From Nanobdellota archaeon (GTDB taxonomy: Archaea > Nanobdellota > Nanobdellia > Pacearchaeales > GW2011-AR1), in the NCBI GenBank assembly GCA_030648285.1, contig JAUSIC010000003.1, positions 1 through 48,283 on the forward strand: DNA of 48,283 nucleotides, in the 5' to 3' direction. A model generated the notes under the pieces. The model had not been told where the DNA came from and made no database searches. It worked only from the letters and a program-made list of their open reading frames with translations. The translations under genes were made by a program, and so were the position numbers. Shown here piece by piece: positions 7,795 through 16,356 of this stretch; the first letter of the stretch is position 1, and every line of letters begins with the position of its first letter.

Positions 7795-9243
7795 ATGGTA
7801 GATTTGAAGAAAATTTTTGGATTAATTCCAGAAGTTAGTTCACCAGAAGAGAAAAAATTAAGCTTTAATGTAAAGCTCAAATGGACACTGATTGTTCTGG
7901 GTGCATTTTTTATTCTTGCAAACATTTCTCTTTTTGGATTATCAAACAATGCTCTTGAAAGATTCAAATATTTAGCTATTATTTTAGGAACTGATTTTGG
8001 TAGCATTATTTCCTTAGGTATTGGTCCAATAGTAATGGCTTCTGTAATTCTGCAGTTATTAACAGGAGTTGGAATAATAAAAATAGATTTAACAACAGAA
8101 GAAGGGAAAAAATTCTTCCAAGGCTTGCAGAAACTCTTGGTTTTCGCTTTCATAATTTTTGAAGCATTGGTTTATGTATTGATGAACGGGCTTCAGGCAA
8201 TGCCTGGTTTAGAAGTAATAGTAATTGTGCAATTAATCTTAGGAGGCATTGCAATTTTCTACATGGATGATATAATGACTAAATGGGGATTTGGTTCGGG
8301 AGTTAGCTTGTTCATTGCTGCAGGAGTTGCTTGGAGATTATTTGCTACATTATTCCAGTTCATAGATGCACAAGGGAAAAATTGCCTGCTCAGTTTTGGC
8401 AGTACAATGTGTTCTGGAAAAGTGTTTGTCTTAATCCAGTCAATAAGCGTTCTCAGAGACAGCACTGAATTTGCAGTTGCATTAGGAGCAATTCTCGTAA
8501 CTATCGGAATTTTCCTTTTGGTTGTTTTTGTGCAATCTCTAAAAGTTGAAGTTCCTTTGTCTTATGGAAGATTAAGAGGATACGCTGTCAAATGGCCACT
8601 TGCATTTTTATACGCGAGCAACATGCCTGTTATCTTAACAGCAGCATTAATTGCAAATATTCAGTTGTTTGGAGGAATGATTGATAACGCTGCTTCTGCT
8701 TGTGTCCAAGGAGCATGCACTGGTGCTGCAAAAGTTGCATCCTTTTTCGGTGGTTTCTTAGGACATTTCAATCCAAGCGGAGAAGCAGTATCTGGATTAG
8801 CATTTTGGATGGGAAACAGAAATCTTCTTGAATTAATCTTGAGAGGAGCATTTATTCCGGCTTATATTCTTCAAGGATTGACACACATATTATTTTTTGT
8901 TGTCTTGGCAACAGTATTTTCTGTCTTTTGGGTAAAAACTTCACAAATGGATTCAAAAGCTCAAGCACACAAAATTGCTGCATCTGGATTGCAAGTGGCA
9001 GGTTTCAGGCAGGATGAGAGAATATTGGAAAATATCCTTGACAGATACATAATGCCTTTGACAATAATGGGCGGAATTGCGATAGGATTATTAGCTGCAC
9101 TTACAGATGTTTTAGGTGCATTAGTTTCAGGAACAGCAATTCTTTTAGGAGTAATGATTATGTACCAATTCTATCAAAACATTGCACAACAGCATCAGGT
9201 TGATATGAACCCTGCATTCAGAAAGTTTATGGGTGCTGCATAG
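7795..9243 (+). CDS. secY: Preprotein translocase subunit SecY
   Basis: LGIGPIVMAS.ILQLL, KWGFGSGVSLFIAAG, YASNMPVIL, GFRQD motifs; multiple TM helices. Confidence 0.98.
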   Translation: MVDLKKIFGLIPEVSSPEEKKLSFNVKLKWTLIVLGAFFILANISLFGLSNNALERFKYLAIILGTDFGSIISLGIGPIVMASVILQLLTGVGIIKIDLTTEEGKKFFQGLQKLLVFAFIIFEALVYVLMNGLQAMPGLEVIVIVQLILGGIAIFYMDDIMTKWGFGSGVSLFIAAGVAWRLFATLFQFIDAQGKNCLLSFGSTMCSGKVFVLIQSISVLRDSTEFAVALGAILVTIGIFLLVVFVQSLKVEVPLSYGRLRGYAVKWPLAFLYASNMPVILTAALIANIQLFGGMIDNAASACVQGACTGAAKVASFFGGFLGHFNPSGEAVSGLAFWMGNRNLLELILRGAFIPAYILQGLTHILFFVVLATVFSVFWVKTSQMDSKAQAHKIAASGLQVAGFRQDERILENILDRYIMPLTIMGGIAIGLLAALTDVLGALVSGTAILLGVMIMYQFYQNIAQQHQVDMNPAFRKFMGAA

Positions 9244-9273
9244 TTTTAAAAGACGATTTTAACTTAAACAAAA

Positions 9274-9882
9274 ATGGTAGACGAACAAGATAAAATGACA
9301 GGCATTATCCCAAATAAGGGTTCAATAAGCCATGAAGACAAGAAAGGAAGCATGCTGCCAATTGTAATTATCATGTTTATCTCTTTATTTATTGCATTTG
9401 CATGGGATAAATTTCCTGTTATAAAAAATTCTGTTCATGCTGTTTTAAATCCAACTGCAGGGGCATTATTAAAATTGAATATTCCTGGAGGATTAGAAAT
9501 TGGAATGATTATTATTGTTTTCCTGATTACCTTAATATCAACTTTAGTGCAGAAATTTGCTACAGACCAGAATGCATTAAGAGAATTAAAGAAAGAACAG
9601 AAAATTCTTAATGAAGAAATGAAAAAATATAAAGAACATCCTGAAAAAGTTGCAGAGCTTTCAAAAAAGCAAATGGAATTTATTCCAAAAACAATGAAAT
9701 TGACAAGCCGTTCAATGCTTTACACAGGTGTTCCATTTATTTTATTCTTTAGGTGGTTTAGCGATGTTTTTACTGCAATGGGAAATCCTAAATTCTTTGG
9801 CATAATGGGATGGTTCTTGTTCTACTTCATATTCACGATTGTGTTCTCTGCTATATTGAAGAAAGTAATGAAGGTTGTTTAA
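9274..9882 (+). CDS. DUF106 / EMC3-TMCO1 (Oxa1 superfamily) membrane insertase-like protein
   Basis: TM helix, coiled coil (LRELKKEQK...), P.ILFFRW and W...Y motifs; usual position downstream of secY. Confidence 0.88.
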   Translation: MVDEQDKMTGIIPNKGSISHEDKKGSMLPIVIIMFISLFIAFAWDKFPVIKNSVHAVLNPTAGALLKLNIPGGLEIGMIIIVFLITLISTLVQKFATDQNALRELKKEQKILNEEMKKYKEHPEKVAELSKKQMEFIPKTMKLTSRSMLYTGVPFILFFRWFSDVFTAMGNPKFFGIMGWFLFYFIFTIVFSAILKKVMKVV

Positions 9883-10021
9883 CTACTCCGAAACTAACTT
9901 TGTCAAGTTTCTTCGAAAGAAATAATTAAGGTGTATAACTTTAACGCCGAGTTTGACTAAAACGATTGTCATCAACTTAAATATCTACAAAAGGCTTCAA
10001 TTATTCTATTAACCCTCTCTA

Positions 10022-10036
10022 GGGTGGGCGGGTGGG
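10022..10036 (+). other. Canonical G-quadruplex motif GGGTGGGCGGGTGGG
   Basis: Four G3 tracts with single-nucleotide loops in an intergenic region; overlaps hairpin ACCCT-CTCT-AGGGT (10012-10025). Confidence 0.75.
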
Positions 10037-10050
10037 ATTAAGACAATAAA

Positions 10051-10058
10051 TTTAAAAG
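10051..10058 (+). promoter_or_regulatory. Putative TATA box for the element copy 3 / pfdA transcript
   Basis: TTTAAAAG 21 nt before ATG 10080, same spacing as other promoters in the window. Confidence 0.6.
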
Positions 10059-10079
10059 CCAAAATATAATTCATTTTAT

Positions 10080-10157
10080 ATGAAAAATAGGAAATTTTCC
10101 AATGTCCTCAGCATGAAACCTGCAGATACAAAATCGGCATGGAGGTATTTTGCATAA
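10080..10157 (+). mobile_element. Start-codon repeat element copy 3 (mini-ORF MKNRKFSNVLSMKPADTKSAWRYFA*)
   Basis: Shares AAATAGGAAATTT, CTGCAGA and the 35-nt 3' end with copy 2; terminal inverted repeat TATGAAAAATA / TATTTTGCATA (10 of 11); TAATG overlap with pfdA. Mobility is inferred. Confidence 0.8.
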
Positions 10158-10558
10158 TGGAAGAACCTAATGAACAAGAAAAACAAGAACTAATGATGAA
10201 ACTAGGATTTTTCGAACAGCAAATAAGACAAATTCAGCAACAAATTCAGGCAATTGAACAAGGAATTGTTGAAATGACTTCATTAAATTCAGGACTTGAA
10301 GAATTACAAGGCAAAAAAGATGCAGAAATTCTTGCTCCAATTGGAAGAGGAATTTATGCTAAAGCAAAGTTACTTTCAGAAGAATTGATTGTCAATGTTG
10401 GAAGCAATAATCTTGTGACAAAAGGAATTTCTGAAACAAGAAAACTCATTGAAAGCCAGATTCAAAAACTAGAAGAAATCAAAGTTGAAATGAATAATAA
10501 TCTTGAGAATTTAGGAAAAGAAATTGAAAGTGTAATGGGTGAAAAGCACGAACATTAA
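10157..10558 (+). CDS. pfdA: Prefoldin subunit alpha
   Basis: Two coiled coils around EILAPIGRGIY...LIVNVGSN beta-hairpins; start set at 10157. Confidence 0.93.
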   Translation: MEEPNEQEKQELMMKLGFFEQQIRQIQQQIQAIEQGIVEMTSLNSGLEELQGKKDAEILAPIGRGIYAKAKLLSEELIVNVGSNNLVTKGISETRKLIESQIQKLEEIKVEMNNNLENLGKEIESVMGEKHEH

Positions 10559-11361
10559 CTAACTTTTTTCACAAACCTATCATAACTCAATGCCCCGAAT
10601 TCAGTAACTATCTTTTTAATATATTTTTTATCCACAAACTCAAACGCGGGATTTTTTATTTTGATATGGTTAGGCGCTTTATCCCAGATTTCATTTAATT
10701 CTCTTTGTTCAAAGGGAATTCTCTTTTTTGTGAATTTCCAAGAATCAGCAATAATGTAAACAGGAGTTTTGTTTATTTTTGCCAATTGAGCAATAACCCC
10801 GCTTCCAACCTTGTTTATTATTCCTTCTCTTAACAAAGCATCTGAACCTAAAAATATTTTATTTGCTTTTCTCATTCCTTGCTTTCCCGATAATGCAATT
10901 CCAATAGCAGAATCAACAAACATTGTAACTTTTATGTTTGCATTTTTCAATTGCTTTGCTGTTTTTCTTCCCTGATACAAAGGGCGAGTTTCTGTATTGT
11001 AAACTTGAAATTTTTTTCCTTTTCTTTTAGCATAAATTAAAGCATTGATAACATTTGTCGAATGGCAATGAGTAAAAATAATATCATCTGTTTTTATTAA
11101 TTTTAAAATAACTTTGTTTATTTCTGTTTGACTATAATCAAAATGCTTTTTTATATCTGAAGAAGGAAAATCTTCTGCTAAATTTACAACTTTTTCGAGC
11201 ATTGGTTCTGTTTCTCTTAAAGAAATAAGTTTTCTCTTTGATTCTTTTGTTGGAATTAAAGAATAAGCATACAATGCTGCTTTTGCAATATTTCTTGCTC
11301 CTTGAATTTTAACTTCTTTTATATCTCTCGCAATTTTGTTGAAAACTTGCTGTTTTGACAT
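10555..11361 (-). CDS. Ribose-1,5-bisphosphate isomerase / eIF2B-alpha-like family protein
   Basis: IQGA..IA, THCHS, ETRPLYQG, GSD, NKVGS, NPAFE motifs. Confidence 0.88.
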   Translation of the reverse strand: MSKQQVFNKIARDIKEVKIQGARNIAKAALYAYSLIPTKESKRKLISLRETEPMLEKVVNLAEDFPSSDIKKHFDYSQTEINKVILKLIKTDDIIFTHCHSTNVINALIYAKRKGKKFQVYNTETRPLYQGRKTAKQLKNANIKVTMFVDSAIGIALSGKQGMRKANKIFLGSDALLREGIINKVGSGVIAQLAKINKTPVYIIADSWKFTKKRIPFEQRELNEIWDKAPNHIKIKNPAFEFVDKKYIKKIVTEFGALSYDRFVKKVS

Positions 11362-11416
11362 CTCTTTTTGATAAGAAGTTCTAAATGTTTAAAAAACCTC
11401 TTCTTCTTTATACTAT

Positions 11417-12274
11417 ATGCTTGAGTCGTTAGTGAATCCAAAAAGAGTTGAGAAAGGTTCTTGGAAAATGTTCTTTATAGGTTTACTTTATGGTTCATTA
11501 TCTCTTCTTTTAGTTCATTGGTTTTTTTCAAGAGATGCTGTTTTATCAAAATTTTCAGGAATGATTGTTGTTCTTTTTTGTGTGATGTTTTCTCTTCCTT
11601 TCATATATTATGTTATTAAAAAAGAAGAAAAACAGGATGAACAAATTGAAGGAGTGTTGCATGTCTGGAAAGCCCATAGCGATGCTATTTTTGCATTCAT
11701 GTGGCTGTTTTTAGGTTTTTTAATCGCATTTTCATTCTGGTATATATTACTGCAAAATACAAGTCTGTTCAATGCTCAACTGGAAACTTATTGCATGATT
11801 AACAGCCCAGGAGGAATTGAAAATTGTGTTGCAAAATATTCAGATATACAAGGAATGATGTCAGGAGCTTCTACAAGTGTAGTTAATTTTTTATCAATAA
11901 TAGAAAATAATATCTATGTTATGATTTTTACTCTTTTGTTATCATTAATCTTTGGGGCAGGTGCAATTTTTGTTTTGGCTTGGAATGCAAGTGTTATTGC
12001 TTCTGCTATTGGGGTATTCACAAGATATCACCTGGCTCAGGTTCCAATAGGACTCTTAAGATACATGATACACGGAGTTCCTGAAATTGCTGCTTACTTT
12101 GTAACAGCTCTTGCAGGAGGAATCTTGGGAACAGGAATAATAAGGCATGGAATAAAGGACAAAAGGTTCTTGCATATAATTGAGAATGTCACAATTCTGC
12201 TGTTTATTTCTTTGGCTCTTTTGGTTATTGCAGGGTTGATGGAAGTCTATTTAACACCATTGTTCTTCAAATAA
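11417..12274 (+). CDS. SpoIIM-like (DUF95) integral membrane protein
   Basis: I.ENN, WNASVI, HGVPEI.AY, AG.MEVYLTP motifs; multiple TM helices. Confidence 0.85.
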   Translation: MLESLVNPKRVEKGSWKMFFIGLLYGSLSLLLVHWFFSRDAVLSKFSGMIVVLFCVMFSLPFIYYVIKKEEKQDEQIEGVLHVWKAHSDAIFAFMWLFLGFLIAFSFWYILLQNTSLFNAQLETYCMINSPGGIENCVAKYSDIQGMMSGASTSVVNFLSIIENNIYVMIFTLLLSLIFGAGAIFVLAWNASVIASAIGVFTRYHLAQVPIGLLRYMIHGVPEIAAYFVTALAGGILGTGIIRHGIKDKRFLHIIENVTILLFISLALLVIAGLMEVYLTPLFFK

Positions 12275-12313
12275 ACAATATTTAAAAATGGTTTATTGCT
12301 GATTAAATTACAT

Positions 12314-15100
12314 ATGGAAGAAATAAAAGAGAATGTTTTAACTCCTGATTTTTCTGGAGTATCAGATGAACTAGCAGACAGAAAGAAGAAACTTCTTGGT
12401 TTTTTGAAGAAAAAAGGACAATGGATTTATTATGCAATACTTGCATTCATAATTTTTATTGCAACTTTTGTAAGAACAAGAAATATCTCTAAATTAAAAG
12501 ACATAACAACAGGAACTTGGACATTAGGACCTGATTTAGACCCTTTCTTATTCCTGAGATGGGCAAAATATATAGCCCAGCATGGAAGCTTGTTTATTTT
12601 GGACAAGTTAAGGTCTGTTCCTTTGGCAGATATTTGTGTTGGTATACAGTGTAATCCTGTAAATACTTCAGGAGACATGAAACTACTATCTTACATGATA
12701 GTTTGGGTCTGGAAATTTTTATCTATTTTCAAAGAAGCAAGTGTAACTTATGCTGCTATAATCTTTCCTGTAATCATGTTCGTTTTGACAATAATCGCAT
12801 TTTTCCTTTTTGCAAGAAAAGTTTTCTACAAGATGGATGTAAAATCAAGAAATATCATTGCCTTGATATCAACTGCATTTTTCGCTGTAGTTCCTTCTTT
12901 ACTACCAAGAACAATCGCAGGAATACCTGAAAAAGAATCTGCTGCGTTCTTCTTCATTTTTCTCAGCTTTTACTTTTTCCTTGAAGCATTCACTTCTGAA
13001 AAATTAAGAGGAAAACTCATCTTTGGAATTCTTTCAGGAATAACTACAGGACTGCTTGCGCTCATATGGGGAGGAGCAGGGTTTGTCTTTCTCACTATAC
13101 CTGCTGCAGTTTTGTTCGCTTTTCTTCTTGGAAAAATTGATACTCATAAATTTTATTCTTATGGGCTATGGGTTTTAAGCTTTACATTAATCATGATTCC
13201 CTCTTCAACAAGATATGCCCTTGAAAATTTATTGACTTCAACTTCAACAGCTGTAACTTATCTATTATTTTTAGTTCTTGGAGTTGACATCCTCATATTC
13301 AAAAAGAAAATCTTTAAACTCAATGAAAAGATAAAAATAAAACTTCCACAACAGATTATTTCTCTGATTATTTCTTTTGTTTTAATAGCAATTTTAGGAA
13401 GCCTTGCTTTTGGAATATCTTTTATTCCGCATCAGGTTCAGGATGTCATAAGCCAGACAATACATCCATTAGACCAGACAAGATTCAGTGTTACTGTAGC
13501 AGAAAATAAACAGCCTTCTTTTGTCGGCGACTGGAAAGACAGTTTCGGGCCTGTTATATGGAATATTCCTTTATTTTTCTGGCTCTTTTTTATTGGTTCT
13601 ATTTTCTTATTTGCTAATCTTATAGAAAAATTAGAAAAGAAAGAAAGAATAATTTTGACAATAGCTTATACTATCTTCTTAGCAGGATTAATATTCAGCA
13701 AATATTCTCCTTCAGGAGTATTAAACGGAGAAAGCACCACGAGTTTAATTGTTTATTTTGGAGGAGTGCTGGTTTTCCTTATTAGTTTTGGATATTTCTA
13801 CATTAAGAGATATAAAGAAAGCAAATTATCTGCATTTAAGGAATTTGAATTTTCATATTTGATTTATTTTATTGTATTAACCATGGCAATAATGGCAGCA
13901 AGAGGAGCAGTCAGACTTATAATGGTTTTAGGAGCAATAAGTCCGCTTGCTATTGGCTTTTTAGTTTACAAAACTTCAAAAGACTATTTCAAGCAAAAAG
14001 ACAATGTTAAAAAATTCGCAATAGCAGTAATTGCATTAATCATAATAATCGCTGCTGTTTTTACTCTATGGACATATTATAGGGCTGACAGAGCTACTGG
14101 AGAGAATTTTGCTCCTGGCCCATACCAATGGCAATGGCAAAAAGCAATGGCTTGGGTGAGAGAAAATACATCAGTCAATGCTGTATTTGCTCATTGGTGG
14201 GATTATGGTTATTGGGTTCAAAGCATTGGAGAGAGAGCAACAATCGTAGATGGAGGTAATAGTGTAGGATATTGGAATCATTTAATGGGAAGGTATGTGC
14301 TTGCAGGAAATAATGAAAAAGATTCTTTAGATTTTCTTTATGCACATAATGCAACGCATTTACTCATAGACTCTTCTGAAATTGGAAAATATACTGCATT
14401 TTCCAGCATTGGCTCTGATGGAGATTATGATAAAATGTCTTGGATTCCTGAAATCCTGATGGATGAAAAACAAATAGTAGAGAAAAATAATGAAACCATG
14501 TATGTTTATATAATCCCCGGAGGAGGTACTGCAACAGACGAAGATATTCTCTGGAGTGAAAATGGAAAAGATATATTGCTTCCTGGAAGAAGCTCTTACC
14601 TAATTGGAGTAATCTTAAGCAAAAGTTCAGATAATAGGATATCCCAGCCTACTGGTGTTTTTGTATATAATAATCAACAATACAGGATTCCTTTCAGATA
14701 TGTTTATATCAAGGGAAATCTCAACGATTTCAATTCAGGATTAGATGCAGGAATATTCCTATACCCTAGGATAGAAACTACTTCAACAGGAATAAAGCAA
14801 AATGGGATAGGAGCAGGGTTTTATTTAAGCCCAAGAACAATTCACTCCAGCATTGCCCAGTTATATTTATTTGAGCAAAAATCAGATTATTTCAAAATAG
14901 CACATGTGGAAAGCAATGCTATTGTGAGTGATTTAAAAAGTAATGGATTTTATGAGGGAGAATTTTTATATTACCAAGGATTCCAAGGACCAATAAAGAT
15001 ATGGGCAATAACATATCCTTCAGATATAAAATTAAAGCAAGAATATTTAAATATAAATTATCCGAAAGAATTTCAAACAACAGATCCTGCTAGATACTAA
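12314..15100 (+). CDS. aglB: Oligosaccharyltransferase AglB (STT3 family)
   Basis: DLDP, RT.AG..EKE, TVAEN, WWDYG and DGG motifs; multi-TM N-terminal domain; ATG 12314 preferred over TTG 12296. Confidence 0.96.
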   Translation: MEEIKENVLTPDFSGVSDELADRKKKLLGFLKKKGQWIYYAILAFIIFIATFVRTRNISKLKDITTGTWTLGPDLDPFLFLRWAKYIAQHGSLFILDKLRSVPLADICVGIQCNPVNTSGDMKLLSYMIVWVWKFLSIFKEASVTYAAIIFPVIMFVLTIIAFFLFARKVFYKMDVKSRNIIALISTAFFAVVPSLLPRTIAGIPEKESAAFFFIFLSFYFFLEAFTSEKLRGKLIFGILSGITTGLLALIWGGAGFVFLTIPAAVLFAFLLGKIDTHKFYSYGLWVLSFTLIMIPSSTRYALENLLTSTSTAVTYLLFLVLGVDILIFKKKIFKLNEKIKIKLPQQIISLIISFVLIAILGSLAFGISFIPHQVQDVISQTIHPLDQTRFSVTVAENKQPSFVGDWKDSFGPVIWNIPLFFWLFFIGSIFLFANLIEKLEKKERIILTIAYTIFLAGLIFSKYSPSGVLNGESTTSLIVYFGGVLVFLISFGYFYIKRYKESKLSAFKEFEFSYLIYFIVLTMAIMAARGAVRLIMVLGAISPLAIGFLVYKTSKDYFKQKDNVKKFAIAVIALIIIIAAVFTLWTYYRADRATGENFAPGPYQWQWQKAMAWVRENTSVNAVFAHWWDYGYWVQSIGERATIVDGGNSVGYWNHLMGRYVLAGNNEKDSLDFLYAHNATHLLIDSSEIGKYTAFSSIGSDGDYDKMSWIPEILMDEKQIVEKNNETMYVYIIPGGGTATDEDILWSENGKDILLPGRSSYLIGVILSKSSDNRISQPTGVFVYNNQQYRIPFRYVYIKGNLNDFNSGLDAGIFLYPRIETTSTGIKQNGIGAGFYLSPRTIHSSIAQLYLFEQKSDYFKIAHVESNAIVSDLKSNGFYEGEFLYYQGFQGPIKIWAITYPSDIKLKQEYLNINYPKEFQTTDPARY

Positions 15101-15101
15101 A

Positions 15102-15158
15102 ATGAGCAAACAGGAAATTTGCCACAAATACAAAATAGATAAGAGGTATTTTGCATAA
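15102..15158 (+). mobile_element. Start-codon repeat element copy 4 (mini-ORF MSKQEICHKYKIDKRYFA*)
   Basis: Core motifs AGGAAATTT, CACAAATACAAAAT and GAGGTATTTTGCATAATG; begins 1 nt after aglB stop and ends in TAATG overlap. Mobility is inferred. Confidence 0.8.
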
Positions 15159-16150
15159 TGGAAATTATACTGGTAATTCCCCTTCTTCTAAGCTTTTTAA
15201 TGGCTTTATTTTTAATGCCGTTTTGGATTAAAAAAGCTAAAGAGATTGGGCTTGTATGGGAAGATATGAACAAGCCAGAACATCCAAAGAATGTTGCTGG
15301 TTCTGGAGGGGTTGCAGTATTTTTAGCATTTATACTAGGAGTTTTAACATATATTGCCATAAAGACATTTTACTTCAAATCAAAAGATAATCTAATAGAA
15401 ATTTTTGCTTCTTTGAGTGTTATCTTGGTAATTTCATTTATTGGAATTTTAGATGATTTGTTAGGATGGAGAAAAGGAGGATTATCTGCAAAATCAAGAC
15501 TGGCTTTGTTATTGTTTGCATCTATTCCTTTGATTGTAATAAATGCAGGAGAATCAAATATATTTGGAAATGTAGAATTAGGATTGATATATCCTCTGGT
15601 TTTTATCCCTCTCGGAATAATTGGAGCATCAGCAACCTTTAATTTCTTAGCAGGTTATAATGGATTGGAAACAAGCCAGGGAATATTGATATTATCCAGT
15701 CTTTCATTAATAACATTTACAACAGGAGAAAAATGGCTTTCAATAATTATTTTATGCATGGTTGCTTCTTTAATTCCTTTTTATCTTTTTAATAAATATC
15801 CTGCAAAAGTTTTTCCAGGGAATATAATTACCTATTCTGTAGGAGGTTTAATTGCAATGATAGCTATACTTGGAAATTTGGAAAAAATTGCTATCTTCTT
15901 TTTCATCCCCTATATCTTAGAAACAATCCTGAAAGTTAGAGGAAAATTAAAAAAACAAAGTTTTGCAAGGGTAAATCCTGACGGAAGTTTGGAAGTGCCT
16001 TATGAAAAAATTTATGGGTTGGAACATTTGGCAATATTTATTTTAAAAAAGGTAAAAAAGAAGGTTTATGAGAAAGATGTTGTTTATCTCATAAATGGGT
16101 TTCAGATATTTATAATAATATTAGGAATGATATTATTCTGGAGACCTTAA
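15158..16150 (+). CDS. MraY/GPT (AglH-like) polyprenyl-phosphate HexNAc-1-phosphate transferase
   Basis: DMNKP, GILDD, NFLAGYNGLE, NKYPAKVFPG motifs; adjacent to aglB. Confidence 0.9.
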   Translation: MEIILVIPLLLSFLMALFLMPFWIKKAKEIGLVWEDMNKPEHPKNVAGSGGVAVFLAFILGVLTYIAIKTFYFKSKDNLIEIFASLSVILVISFIGILDDLLGWRKGGLSAKSRLALLLFASIPLIVINAGESNIFGNVELGLIYPLVFIPLGIIGASATFNFLAGYNGLETSQGILILSSLSLITFTTGEKWLSIIILCMVASLIPFYLFNKYPAKVFPGNIITYSVGGLIAMIAILGNLEKIAIFFFIPYILETILKVRGKLKKQSFARVNPDGSLEVPYEKIYGLEHLAIFILKKVKKKVYEKDVVYLINGFQIFIIILGMILFWRP

Positions 16151-16152
16151 TA

Positions 16153-16356
16153 ATGAGCAAACAAGAAATTAAATTCGCGACCTCACTAATATGGATTAAA
16201 CGTGAAATCGCTCACCACAAATACAAAATCGACAGGAGTGAATGGAAACGAACAGGAAGTTCATTTCACGCTCTTTTTCAAAAAGTGAATGACAAGAAAG
16301 AAACATTATTTTTAGGAAAAAATAACGAAGAAAAATATCGGAGGTATTTTGCATAA
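16153..16356 (+). mobile_element. Start-codon repeat element copy 5, expanded form (67-codon ORF MSKQEI...HKYKID...RYFA*)
   Basis: Same three core blocks as copy 4 separated by hairpin-rich inserts; TAATGA at both ends. Mobility is inferred. Confidence 0.78.

Noticed and set aside
5867-16356. Mini-ORFs as amino-acid-sensing attenuator peptides
   Set aside because: No runs of a regulatory codon, shared DNA is read in different frames, and the downstream genes are functionally unrelated
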